Positions 48,558 through 59,100 of a DNA stretch of 64,000 nucleotides are shown here, piece after piece; the stretch's first letter is position 1, and each line of letters begins with the position of its first letter. The position numbers and the translations under genes are program-made. The notes under the pieces are model-generated. The model was not told the DNA's origin, ran no database searches, and saw only the letters and a program-made list of their open reading frames with translations. Origin of the DNA: an uncultured bacterium (lineage in GTDB: Bacteria > Oederibacteriota > JAAXVQ01 > JAUVAV01); NCBI GenBank assembly GCA_963710755.1, contig CAVQBK010000013.1:128001-192000 (forward strand), in the 5' to 3' direction.

Positions 48558-49352
48558 TTAACGGGGAATCACCCAGTAATGCTGATCCTGGTGATTGACG
48601 GTCAGCGGCAGATCGTATAGGCGGGATATTTTTTGACTGGTCAGGGTAGCAGTCTTGTCGCCGTCGGCAAATACCCGTCCTTGTTTGATCAGCACCACCC
48701 GGTTAATTTCGGGAACAATCTCTTCCAGGGCATGGGTAACCAGAATAAGGGAATGACCTTGCTGCGCTAATTTTCTAATGACTTGGCTGAAGGTCACCCG
48801 GCCATGAATATCCAGGGAGTTGAAGGGCTCATCGAGCACCAGCATTTTGGGATCGTGCACCAAGGCGCGGGCAATGAGAAAGCGCCTCGATTCGCCGGAG
48901 GACATCTCCGTCATCAGGCGCCTACGTAAGGAGCGGATATCCAGAAAGCGCATGATGGACTCGACTTTGGCGCGCATGGCCTTGGTCACCTGCTGATGCT
49001 GGTGCAGGCCGATGCTGCCGAAAAAACCGGAAAGCACCACCTCTTCACCAGGGATTGGACGCAGATGGGTTTCCTGCAGTTCATTGGTCACCATGCCCAA
49101 TTGATTGCGTAGCTGAAAAAGATCCCAGCTGGTTTCGCCGAATAATTTTACCGGTGCCGGGTGGTCACGGTGCACCGGGTGAAGATCGCCGCTGAGCACC
49201 TTGATGAGCGTGGACTTGCCCGATCCATTGGGACCAAGTACAGCCACATGTTCATCATGCCGAAACTGAAGGGTGATGTTTTTTAAAACCAGCTTGTCCT
49301 CCCGATAAACTTGGGCGCGCTGGAGCTCAATGGCCATAGTGGATTCAGTCAT
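48558..49352 (-). CDS. ABC ATP-binding protein (ModF-like)
   Basis: GPNGSGKST, MSSGE, LVLDEP, VTH; start MTESTM after GAGGAAG; no adjacent permease. Confidence 0.88.
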   Translation of the reverse strand: MTESTMAIELQRAQVYREDKLVLKNITLQFRHDEHVAVLGPNGSGKSTLIKVLSGDLHPVHRDHPAPVKLFGETSWDLFQLRNQLGMVTNELQETHLRPIPGEEVVLSGFFGSIGLHQHQQVTKAMRAKVESIMRFLDIRSLRRRLMTEMSSGESRRFLIARALVHDPKMLVLDEPFNSLDIHGRVTFSQVIRKLAQQGHSLILVTHALEEIVPEINRVVLIKQGRVFADGDKTATLTSQKISRLYDLPLTVNHQDQHYWVIPR

Positions 49353-49410
49353 GGTCTTCCTCAGAGGTGAATGGATAAAGCCCTCAGGGGCTAAAACTAA
49401 AAGCCTTGCA

Positions 49411-49438
49411 TTGACAAAGCATGGAAACATGATATAGT
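49411..49438 (+). promoter_or_regulatory. Sigma70-type promoter upstream of leuA leader
   Basis: TTGACA-16 nt-TATAGT with extended TG. Confidence 0.6.
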
Positions 49439-49474
49439 TATTTAACTCTCAGATCAAGAAAGGTTTTCACCGTC

Positions 49475-49555
49475 ATGAGCACTGTTTCAATGACAGCCTT
49501 CACCAGTACCTTCCTTTTAAAGAAAGAACCCCTCGGGCCACGATTGCGTGGTTAA
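49475..49555 (+). promoter_or_regulatory. Candidate leader peptide of leuA (26 aa)
   Basis: GAAAGG RBS; MSTVSMTAFTSTFLLKKEPLGPRLRG*; tandem CTT-TTA Leu codons plus two more Leu. Confidence 0.5.
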
Positions 49556-49666
49556 CTGTCCTTTTCTGTTCAACTTCAATATTAGTTTATTTTTTTAACT
49601 TAACCCGGCCTCAATCGCTTGCGGCAGCGCGCCTTAGGGCGGTTGACCATGATCAAGGAGATCATC

Positions 49667-51349
49667 ATGAATAAAATGGCATTCCATAAATATAAACCTT
49701 ACCCCACCATCGACCTGCCCAACCGCACCTGGCCCAATCAACGCATTGTCAAGGCGCCCCGCTGGTCCAGTGTCGATCTGCGCGACGGTAACCAGGCCCT
49801 GCCCATTCCCATGAATGTAGAGGAAAAAATTGCTTTTTTTGAAATGCTGACCGCGATTGGCTTCAAGGAGATCGAAGTCGGCTTTCCCAGCGCTTCCCAA
49901 ACGGAGTTTGATTTTTTACGGCGCCTGGTGGATGAACAGCGCATTCCCAAGGATGTCACCATCCAGGTGCTGGTGCAGGCACGGGAACATCTCATCCACC
50001 GCACCTTCGAGGCTCTGGCCGGTGTACCGCGGGCCATTGTGCATTTTTACAACTCCACCTCCACCCTGCAGCGCAAGGTGGTGTTTAAGAAAAGCCGTAG
50101 GGAAATTACCCAAATCGCCACCGATGCCGCCCGGCTGATCAAAAAGCTGGCTCAGGAGACAGCAGGCACGGAGATCACCTACGAATATTCACCCGAGAGC
50201 TACACCGGCACGGAATTGGATTATGCCATCGAAATCAGTGAAGCGGTCATGGACGTGCTGGAACCCACCATGGAACATCCGGTGCTGATCAATTTGCCGG
50301 CTACGGTGGAAATGGCCACGCCCAATCTCTATGCGGATTCGGTGGAGTATTTCATCCGCCATTTAAAAAATCGCGATCGCGCGGTTATTGGCCTGCATAC
50401 CCACAATGACCGCGGTACAGCTGTGGCCGCCGCGGAACTGGCCCTGATGGCTGGGGCCCAACGGGTGGAAGGCACGCTCTTCGGCAATGGCGAGCGCACC
50501 GGCAATCTGGACATTGTCACCATGGCCCTTAATATCTTCAGCCAGGGCGTGGACCCTGAACTGGATCTTGCCAATCTTCCCAAAATTGGTGCGCTCTATG
50601 AAAAAGTGACCAAACTCAAAATCCCCGAACGCCAGCCTTATGCCGGGGAATTAGTCTACACCGCTTTTTCCGGTTCCCATCAGGATGCCATTGCCAAAGG
50701 CATGCAAGCCCTGCGCCAGTCCCAGGATGGCCTGTGGGCTGTGCCCTACCTGCCCATTGATCCCAAAGATGTAGGCCGCGATTATGAAGCCATTATCCGC
50801 ATCAACAGCCAATCCGGTAAGGGCGGGGTGGCGTACATCCTGGAAAAAGGCTTTGGTTATCAGCTGCCCAAAGGCATGCACCCTGAATTCGGCAGGATCA
50901 TTCAAGAGATCACCGACCGGACCTGCAAAGAATTAACGGCCGAAGAAATCCTGGCGGCTTTTAAATCCACCTATCAGGATCAGGCTGAAAAGTGGCAGCT
51001 GATGGATTGGGACGTCCATACCCTTTCACCTAAAGCTGATGCCTCCTCAGCCCAAACTCAGGTTCAGGCACAACTGAAAATTGACCATGAAGTAAAAAGC
51101 ATAGACGCCAAAGGTAATGGCCCGGTAGACGCCTTTATCAAAGGATTGCAGCAGGCAGGCTATCCAAACATCGAAGTTTGCGATTACGCGGAACATGCCC
51201 TCAGCGAAGGCTCGGAGGCCAAGGCGGTTTGTTACGTTCAGATTAAAACCAGCCAAGGCACAGCCTATGGCGTAGGCGAGGACAGCAATATCGCCCTGGC
51301 GCCCATCAAAGCCGTGCTTTCCGCCATCAGCCGGCTGGACCTTAGGTAA
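49667..51349 (+). CDS. leuA: 2-isopropylmalate synthase (yeast/actinobacterial-type)
   Basis: DLRDGNQAL, EIEVGFP, NLPATVE, HTHNDRG, GNGERTGN, SGSHQDAI, C-terminal regulatory domain (GNGPVDA); start after AAGGAG. Confidence 0.96.
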   Translation: MNKMAFHKYKPYPTIDLPNRTWPNQRIVKAPRWSSVDLRDGNQALPIPMNVEEKIAFFEMLTAIGFKEIEVGFPSASQTEFDFLRRLVDEQRIPKDVTIQVLVQAREHLIHRTFEALAGVPRAIVHFYNSTSTLQRKVVFKKSRREITQIATDAARLIKKLAQETAGTEITYEYSPESYTGTELDYAIEISEAVMDVLEPTMEHPVLINLPATVEMATPNLYADSVEYFIRHLKNRDRAVIGLHTHNDRGTAVAAAELALMAGAQRVEGTLFGNGERTGNLDIVTMALNIFSQGVDPELDLANLPKIGALYEKVTKLKIPERQPYAGELVYTAFSGSHQDAIAKGMQALRQSQDGLWAVPYLPIDPKDVGRDYEAIIRINSQSGKGGVAYILEKGFGYQLPKGMHPEFGRIIQEITDRTCKELTAEEILAAFKSTYQDQAEKWQLMDWDVHTLSPKADASSAQTQVQAQLKIDHEVKSIDAKGNGPVDAFIKGLQQAGYPNIEVCDYAEHALSEGSEAKAVCYVQIKTSQGTAYGVGEDSNIALAPIKAVLSAISRLDLR

Positions 51350-51355
51350 ACGTCC

Positions 51356-51387
51356 AAGAGAGGCATGGCCTCTTCCATGCCTCTCTT
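51356..51387 (+). terminator. Hairpin after leuA
   Basis: AAGAGAGGCATGG-CCTCTT-CCATGCCTCTCTT, 13-bp stem. A second GC-rich hairpin follows at 51400-51433. Confidence 0.65.
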
Positions 51388-51577
51388 CCATTCTATTTCC
51401 CGCTGGCCAACTCCGTCGAGGGTTGGCCAGCGGAACAAATAAGCCATGTGTAATAATCCAACCAAAGAACCAGTAAATTACTTAATTTAAAAATCCGAAT
51501 AAAATACTTGATATTTAATCGATAACAGCCTTATCATCTGCTCATAAGAATTTAACAATCTTAAAAGGAGGTGCAGT

Positions 51578-52900
51578 ATGAAATTTACAAAACTAGGTCT
51601 GGCATTGGTTTTAACCGTAGTCATGAGTACTTCTGTAAGTTGGGCCATGGATGCGCGCAAGCAAGTCCTTGGTATCGGCGTCGGGGTTGTAGGTGAGAAT
51701 TCCCCGGCCGGACTGGTATTGGATTCAGCCGATTCTTTTTCCAATCCTGCTTACATGCTCTCCTACGCCAATCTGCTCGGCCTGGAAGGGGTGGCAGGCG
51801 TTAATGATCTGTACACAGGCTTTGCCTTTGCCGACCTTTCCGTAGTGGGTGTGCCCGGTGTGCTCGGCTTCCAAATTGGACGCAACTTCGGGCTCATGAA
51901 GACGTCCACCCTCAGCACGACCGATGACCTCAATGATTTGAATGCCCGGATTTCAGGCCTTGGAACCGGCCTCAACAACAACGCTCTTATCGACGGCACC
52001 AGTCTTAATAACCTCAATGATGTTCAACCCTATGGTTTAATGTATGCTTTGAATTTGATGGAAGAACTGCAGATCGGTGCTGCCATCAATTTTGTCGGCA
52101 ACAGCATCAAAGGCAAAGCCCTGGTGGGTGATCCCACTTCCGCTGATTTGGAAAAAAGCATCAGCGATCTGGAAGTTCGTCTGGGCGCTGTAATGACTAT
52201 TATGCCCGAGCTTACCGGCTCGGTAGATGTGGGCTTGAATTTCCCCAATTATACCTTCAAATACAACAGTGCTGCCTTGGACCAAAAAGCCGAATTCAAT
52301 GCCTTTAACCTGGATGTGAATGCGCGCCTGGGCTGGGCTTTGAGCAACCAGTTCGAAACTGTGCTGGTGGCCGGCTATGCCAACAATGGTGGTGACACCA
52401 AAATTGATCCAGACGAAGCCAATGCCAATGACGACCTGACACTGACGCTGGGCAGAAGCGATGTTTCCGTGGGTATTGGCGGCTTGATTAAGGACGAAAC
52501 CGGCCTGGTTGGTGTTCTGCTCGGATTCATGTCCCAGGATTATTCCTATGAAGTAAAAACTACGGTTGGCACCCTCAAGAACAATCCCAGCTATACTTAT
52601 TTTCCATCCCTCAAATTATTGGCGGAAAAGAAACTGGCCCAATGGTTCACCTTGCGCGGTGCGGTGGGCTATACTTATCAGGGACATTCCACCAGCTATT
52701 CCGACCCCACCATCAGTTATACCCAGCATGCCAAAGCTACTTCCTATGTAGTGACAGCTGTTGGGGCCACAGTTTCCATCAATCCCTTTTACTTTGAAAC
52801 CGTGCTTTCCAAAGATCTGCTTTTCAACGGTCCCTGGCTGATCGGCGGCGTAATCGACACCGGATTAAATACAGTGCTGTCGTTGGGGTATCGTTTCTAA
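51578..52900 (+). CDS. Outer-membrane beta-barrel / porin-like protein
   Basis: AGGAGG RBS, signal ending VSWA, NPA motif near N-terminus, amphipathic strands, C-terminal LGYRF. Confidence 0.75.
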   Translation: MKFTKLGLALVLTVVMSTSVSWAMDARKQVLGIGVGVVGENSPAGLVLDSADSFSNPAYMLSYANLLGLEGVAGVNDLYTGFAFADLSVVGVPGVLGFQIGRNFGLMKTSTLSTTDDLNDLNARISGLGTGLNNNALIDGTSLNNLNDVQPYGLMYALNLMEELQIGAAINFVGNSIKGKALVGDPTSADLEKSISDLEVRLGAVMTIMPELTGSVDVGLNFPNYTFKYNSAALDQKAEFNAFNLDVNARLGWALSNQFETVLVAGYANNGGDTKIDPDEANANDDLTLTLGRSDVSVGIGGLIKDETGLVGVLLGFMSQDYSYEVKTTVGTLKNNPSYTYFPSLKLLAEKKLAQWFTLRGAVGYTYQGHSTSYSDPTISYTQHAKATSYVVTAVGATVSINPFYFETVLSKDLLFNGPWLIGGVIDTGLNTVLSLGYRF

Positions 52901-52928
52901 GATTAATCATTGTAATTTTCAAGGGTAT

Positions 52929-52960
52929 TAGTAGGGGCGGGTTTAAACCCGCCCCTACTA
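52929..52960. repeat. Perfect 32-bp GTAG-type REP-like palindrome / bidirectional terminator
   Basis: TAGTAGGGGCGGGTTT-AAACCCGCCCCTACTA between convergent genes. Confidence 0.75.
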
Positions 52961-52971
52961 TTTTGCTGCCA

Positions 52972-53562
52972 TCATTTTTCCTCAAGATAACAAAAACACT
53001 CCTGCAAATGATCATTCACCATGCCTACGGCCTGCATGAAGGCATAGCAGATGGTGCTGCCCACAAAAGAAAAGCCTCGTTTTTTCATGTCCTTACTCAT
53101 GGCGTTCGATTCTCTGGTTTGGGCTGGTATCTCCCGCATGTTGGTATAATGGTTGTGGAGCGTTTGATAGCCCGTAAATTGCCAGATATAGCGGTCAAAG
53201 GTGGTAAATTCTTTTTGCACCTTTAAAAAAGCCCGGGCATTGGTGACTGCCGAGCGGATTTTTAATTGGTTACGTATGATACCGGGGTTTTGGAGCAACC
53301 GGTTAATCTTGGCTTCTTCGAAACGGGCCACCTTGCGCGGATCAAAACCGGCAAAAGCTTGACGATAGGCTTCCCGCTTTTTCAACACTGTAATCCACGA
53401 CAATCCGGCTTGCGCACCTTCCAGCACCAGCATCTCAAAAAGTTTTTGATCATCATGCACAGGCCGGCCCCACTCCAAGTCATGGTAAGCGGTATACAAT
53501 TCCCCTATCACCCAGGGACAACGTTTTTTCTCCATCGCTTTTCCCTTCGCCCGAACGTTCAT
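52972..53562 (-). CDS. tag: DNA-3-methyladenine glycosylase I
   Basis: RCPW, YHDLEWG, LEGAQAGLSW, IIRNQLKI, FVGSTICYAFMQAVGMVNDH; start may be 53535. Confidence 0.96.
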   Translation of the reverse strand: MNVRAKGKAMEKKRCPWVIGELYTAYHDLEWGRPVHDDQKLFEMLVLEGAQAGLSWITVLKKREAYRQAFAGFDPRKVARFEEAKINRLLQNPGIIRNQLKIRSAVTNARAFLKVQKEFTTFDRYIWQFTGYQTLHNHYTNMREIPAQTRESNAMSKDMKKRGFSFVGSTICYAFMQAVGMVNDHLQECFCYLEEK

Positions 53563-54947
53563 AATTGGCCTCCACCGTACGCACGTGGAAAAGCAATGAC
53601 ATCGCGGATATTCTGCATGCCCGTGATAAATTGCACCATGCGCTCGAATCCCAACCCAAAGCCGGCATGAGGCGCGCTGCCAAAGCGGCGCAGGTCCAGA
53701 TACCAGCCATAATCAACAGGGTTAATGCCCGCTTCCACCATGCGGGTCTGCAGGCGCTCAAGATTATCCTCGCGCTCACTGCCGCCGATAATTTCGCCTA
53801 GCCTGGGTACCAGCACATCCAAGGCCCGTACGGTTTGGTCATCGTCATTGAGTTTCATGTAAAACGCCTTGATACTCTTGGCATAATCGGTCACCAGTAG
53901 CGGCCGTTGATAAACTTTTTCGGTTAAATATCGTTCATGTTCAGACTGTAGATCCATGCCCCAATGTACAGGAAACTCGAAGGGTTGGGATGCTTTTTCC
54001 AACCGTCGGATAGCTTCGCTGTAGGTGATGCGTTCAAAGGTCTGGGCGCTCAGGCGTTGCAAATGATCAAGCAGACCTTTTTCAATCCACTGATCAAAAA
54101 AAGCCATCTCCTGCGGACACCGGTCCAGCACATCGGTAATAATCGATTTTAAAAAGGCTTCAGCCACATCCATGTCTCCGTGAATGTCACAAAAAGCCAT
54201 CTCCGGTTCCACCATCCAGAATTCCGCCAGATGGCGGCTGGTGCCGGAATGCTCGGCACGAAAGGTAGGGCCGAAGGTATATACTTTCCCCAGGGCCAAG
54301 GCCAGGCTCTCCCCTTCCAGTTGCCCGCTCACCGTCAGGGCTGCCCGCTGTCTGAAAAAATCCTGATCATAATCAATCTGTCCTTCTTTTCTGGGTACTT
54401 GCGTCAGAGGCAACGTGGTCACCTGAAATTGCTGGCCTGCGCCTTCACAGTCACTGCCAGTGATGATGGGGGTATGAATATAAAAAAAGCCCCGTTCATC
54501 GAAAAAACGATGGATAGCCATACTCAGCGCATGGCGCACTCGCATGACCGCGCCCTGCGTGTTGGTACGGCACCGAAGGTGGTTCATCTCTCGTAAAAAT
54601 TCAAAACTGTGCCTTTTTTTTTGCAAGGGATAGGATTGAGGATCAGCGGGCCCAATGATCGAGATTGTTTGCGCACGGCATTCCACGGCCTGCTCCTTGC
54701 CTGGTGACGCCACCAACATGCCGGTCACGGTCACACTGCTGCCGGTGGTTAACTGAGACAACAGGTCGTGGTAACCTTCCAGGCCCTCATCCATCACTAC
54801 CTGAAGGTTGGCCAGGCAAGACCCGTCATTGAGTGCAAGAAAACAAAAAGTCTTGCTTTCCCGCTTGGTACGGATCCAGCCGGAAACACGCACGTCCTCC
54901 TCTCCCGGTGGTCGGCTCAGTAATTGTTGTATGGGGTATTGGTTCAT
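53559..54947 (-). CDS. asnS: Asparagine--tRNA ligase
   Basis: OB-fold [39 protein letters not shown]; start MNQYP. Confidence 0.96.
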   Translation of the reverse strand: MNQYPIQQLLSRPPGEEDVRVSGWIRTKRESKTFCFLALNDGSCLANLQVVMDEGLEGYHDLLSQLTTGSSVTVTGMLVASPGKEQAVECRAQTISIIGPADPQSYPLQKKRHSFEFLREMNHLRCRTNTQGAVMRVRHALSMAIHRFFDERGFFYIHTPIITGSDCEGAGQQFQVTTLPLTQVPRKEGQIDYDQDFFRQRAALTVSGQLEGESLALALGKVYTFGPTFRAEHSGTSRHLAEFWMVEPEMAFCDIHGDMDVAEAFLKSIITDVLDRCPQEMAFFDQWIEKGLLDHLQRLSAQTFERITYSEAIRRLEKASQPFEFPVHWGMDLQSEHERYLTEKVYQRPLLVTDYAKSIKAFYMKLNDDDQTVRALDVLVPRLGEIIGGSEREDNLERLQTRMVEAGINPVDYGWYLDLRRFGSAPHAGFGLGFERMVQFITGMQNIRDVIAFPRAYGGGQL

Positions 54948-55125
54948 GGCCCGCCTCTTTAATAGGTTCTCGCGAATTACCCGCATCTCAGAGTCTGTGT
55001 CAAAACTTCAAAATCGCCTCTCCCCCCGATGAGGGGAGAAGGGATTATTAAGCGATGCACACAGATTTTTAATGCAGGGCATTTTATTTTTATAAAGTGC
55101 AGTTATTTTACACCAAATCGAGGAC

Positions 55126-55171
55126 ATAAAAAAAGAGGATACTGAATTCAGTTGGAACCCAGCATCCTCTT
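55126..55171 (-). terminator. Intrinsic terminator after PorV-like gene
   Basis: Minus strand AGAGGATGCTG...CAGTATCCTCT followed by a T run. Confidence 0.7.
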
Positions 55172-55203
55172 CACTCATCCATAAATGCAGCTGTTTTTAC
55201 AGC

Positions 55204-56115
55204 TTACTTCTTTCCAAAGGCATAACCCAGGCTGAAGCGATGAACGCTTTCCACCGTGGACTTAAGGGCAAAAGCATAGTCCACACGCAGGCCTTCAATG
55301 GCAATACCGGCACCAACGGTCAGAGAATCAAATTCATAACCTAATTTGTAGCCGGCACGCAGAAAGAGCATGTTTTGCCACGCATACTCCAATCCGAGGT
55401 GCTGCTTAGGTGTATCATCGTTATACAAAAGCACATCCCCGGCCAGTGTCAGGCCGTGTTGGCCGGCCAAGGCCAGTTGATAAGCAGCGCCCAGACGCAG
55501 TAAGGTTGGCATAGGATCTCCGCTGTTCTCATAAACGATGTCCGTACCCAAATTCTGTAAGGCTGCTCCCACACTGAGTCCCGGCAGATCCAGCAAATGA
55601 TACTGGGCTCCCACATCTAACCCAAAAGCCAAGGCATCATATTCTTCCAGCAAGGTGGAATAAAACGCTTTGACGCTGCCGCCAATGGCAAGTGCGGAAT
55701 TTAATTGATGACCATAACCTACCGTGAGCACATAATCGTTTTGCGACGTCAGCGTGTCTTGAGTCCCGTCCAGATAATTAATGGTCATCTTCGCACCCAG
55801 TAGATTAACTACACTGAGACCCAATCCCCCATGTCCGAACCATTCCACAGGCACCCCCAAGGCCAGATTGAGATTTTTATTGTCAAAGCTGTTGAGCGCC
55901 ATCATACTACTGAGTTGCGGCGCTTCCAGCGCCGCCAGTCCGGCGCTGTTGTAGGCCAGCTGGTTGATGTCACCGGACAGCGCCACGCCGGTCTCGCCCA
56001 TTCCAACTTGTCTGGCGCCTATGGGTTCCCGCAACAGCTCGCCACCACTCAACGTCCAGCCAAGATTGCTCAACAAGACTAAGGATACTGCCGCTATCGC
56101 GCTCAATATTTTCAT
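55204..56115 (-). CDS. PorV/PorQ-family (FadL-like) beta-barrel
   Basis: IGARQVGMGE, YNSAGL, DVG, QNLG, LRAGY, DYAF, HRFSLGYAF; start MKILSA after AGGAGG. Confidence 0.85.
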   Translation of the reverse strand: MKILSAIAAVSLVLLSNLGWTLSGGELLREPIGARQVGMGETGVALSGDINQLAYNSAGLAALEAPQLSSMMALNSFDNKNLNLALGVPVEWFGHGGLGLSVVNLLGAKMTINYLDGTQDTLTSQNDYVLTVGYGHQLNSALAIGGSVKAFYSTLLEEYDALAFGLDVGAQYHLLDLPGLSVGAALQNLGTDIVYENSGDPMPTLLRLGAAYQLALAGQHGLTLAGDVLLYNDDTPKQHLGLEYAWQNMLFLRAGYKLGYEFDSLTVGAGIAIEGLRVDYAFALKSTVESVHRFSLGYAFGKK

Positions 56116-56147
56116 TTGATTTGCCCTCCTAAGCTGCTTGGTTGCCA

Positions 56148-59100
56148 TTATTTAATCACCGCCACTCTGACGTATTTGGTTACATTCGGCGTTTTGACCA
56201 ACACAATATAAATACCCGACGGCACAATCTCGCCTTGCGCGGTTCGCCCATCCCAAGTAGTTTCGTGCATCCCGGCTGTATATACCCGCTCTTTCACAAG
56301 CTCGGCAATTAGTTTCCCTTGCAGGGTGTAGACTTTAATGTCCACCAGGCCTTGGTTTTCACAGTAAAAACTGATAATGGCCGGCTGATCATTGCGGGTG
56401 GGGTTGATTTTATTGTTATAGGCCTTGACCGGGGTTTCCCGGTCCGTATGCACCACTGAAGTGGGCGTGCTGGTGGGAATCAACGTACAGGTCGCTGTCG
56501 GGGTAGATGTTGGGGTTGGGGTAAGGGTGGCCTCAGGCGTACCTGTTGTTGCCGTCGGGGTGGGGGTTGCTGTTAAGGTGGGCGTAGGTGTGGCCATCGG
56601 ACCATTGACGTCGATGCGCGGCGAATACCCTTGAGCCACAGGATTAGGATCTCCGGCATCAAGATCGCGAGCTCTGATGTATATCGTTCCGCCCAGATTA
56701 TAGGTTTCATTGGGTATGGTGCAGACACCATTGATGGTTTGGCCGGTGTTAATGTATAGCGTTCCAGTGGCCGGTGTAAGTGGTGAAAGGCTGCTGTAAA
56801 CATCAAGTGCAAATAACCTGTTTATATTGATAATTTGATTCAACGTATCATGGACAATTTCCACCCTCACATTAAAGGTGTTGGGATGGGCTTCCACCAA
56901 AACAGTTTGATTATCCGACACGCGGATGCCATCAATCACCAATTCATAATGGAACAAGCCGGTCTGGGAGATCCGGAGATACGCTACCGTTAAACTTTCA
57001 GCACCATCTATAATCGAGCCATTGGTCAGGTCGTAAGGCCTTAAAGTTCTCAACCCATTGCTGCGCAGTTGGGCGCTGAACCAAGCCCGGCCACCGGCCA
57101 GAGTGCTGTTAAGAAACGCCCCGGAATTGGGTTCCGCTTCGCTATTGGGATCATCAGAACGTAGTTCAATGGAATTGGTCGGCGCGCTGCTGCCTACAAA
57201 GTTACCGAACAAGTCCACCGCCTGAACCGTTACGGGGAAGTAAATCCCTTCCACTTCAATGTTGCCTTCATAAGTAGTACTGGTTGGTCCTGAAACGCCG
57301 CTATACCAACTATTGGCCGGCAGACCCTGCACAGCCCCGATGGCCAGGCCGGAATTACCGCTGCCTTCCACGGCGGTCAAGCCGGGCACCAATATCTGAA
57401 GTCCATAATAAGCACCGGGATTAACGGTAATATTGGGCGTGGTCCCGTCCGTGGCCGTCACTGTGGTAGGGCTAAAGGTGATGGTCTGGGTCCCGTGGGT
57501 ATGGAATCTGAAGGTGTTGGTAAAGTCGGCATAGCCATTGATATTATCCACCTGTTTATTGGCCGGTGGTGGCGAGAAGGGATCAGATGTATCGAGTGTC
57601 ACATTGAAGGACGGCGTGCCCTTCACAATATTGCCGTAGATGTCGCAAGTATAGGCCCGCAAAGCAGAAGCATGAATCCCCGCTGTTTCCGCCGAAGGAC
57701 TACCGAAGTTGTTAAATACATTTACTGACGCAGGTGGCGGTGTGGAAGAATAAAGCGCGCCCGTGGGATCTACATAAGTACCACCGGCACCCATATCATC
57801 GGGAATACTCATGCCTGTGGTATAGGCCACCACCCGGGCAAAAGAATTATTAAGGACATTGAAATTTTGGGATACGCCGGTACGGCCTCCGGCGCCAAAA
57901 TCATAAGCCGCGGTCAGGAATTCCCCGCCACCGGTAACCTTTTTGTACACGTAAATCCAGGGATAGGAAATACCTTCGGTCCACTTGGTGGCATCAAGCG
58001 TTCCCAATTTGGTAGGCCACATGCTCTTATTGCTGATATCCGTATTGGCGCTCAAATTAACACTGGTATAGGTCCCAAAGGCCGCGCCGCCATTGAGTGA
58101 GTTGAGGGTGTTGCCGTAACAATCCACAGCTGCCACGGTGACGGCAAAGGGTACACCAGCTTTCGCTGCACCGCTGCTGAAAGCGGCCTGGCTGGTATTG
58201 ATGATAAAGTTAAACCTTCTGGTCCTGCTATCATAAGGTGAAACAATATCCAGATTGGCTGCGGCGTGTTTGACAGGCACCGCATTTTTATTGGTGCCAA
58301 GAACATAAGTGGTATAGCCGCCTAAATTCACACCGATCTGCTGGCCTGTACTGCCGTTAACCTTGTAGAGCACAAAGCTGTTGTTGGCCTGATAAACACC
58401 ATTGCTCAGATTCACGGACAAGGTACCACCGCTGAATTGACCCACCCCCAGGATTTGAGCCGGGAAAGGGTCGCTGCAGGTGATGGTGACGGCTGCATTG
58501 GCATCTTGCGCGGGCGTGGTGACGGTGTTCCAGTAGTCATCGCAGAGATAGAAATCAATTTGGGAAATAGGCGCACCAGCCGTCTGTTCCGCCGGTTGCC
58601 CTTGCACGGACAACGCCCCAGTTGGATCAATGTCAGGATTAAGCCCATTGTACCGCTCCATGCCCCCTTCTTCCACAATCAGCATTTTGGTGGGCACATT
58701 ATGGCAAATCCTAATGGTGGCTGAGTTGTTCTGGGTCGCCCCCAAAGATACGGTAATATTATTGTTTTCAGTAGGTGTCCGGTTGGCCCTGAACACGGTG
58801 ACTTGCCCATTCCACACGCCGTTGGTGAAGGTAATGGAGGTGGGACGAATGACTTTCATGGTCGGGCTATGATCAAGGGTGCAGCTTAGATCAGCAGCAC
58901 CATTAAAGGTCGTGGCCACATGGGTGCCATCGGACCAGGCGGTAATGGACACATTGACCGGCACGCCGGCCACCCATTGCGACGGCCATGCGCCACCGCT
59001 GACCAGTTCCAGGTCAAAGTGATCCATGCTAAAGGTGGTGATGGTATAAGGCGTTACATAGGTATTGACGCCAGGTGCAGGATTGTCAATGGTAATCGAG

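Noticed and set aside
55019-55039. TCTCCCC/GGGGAGA hairpin upstream of asnS as a T-box element
   Set aside because: No T-box consensus or specifier stem is visible; only a short hairpin.
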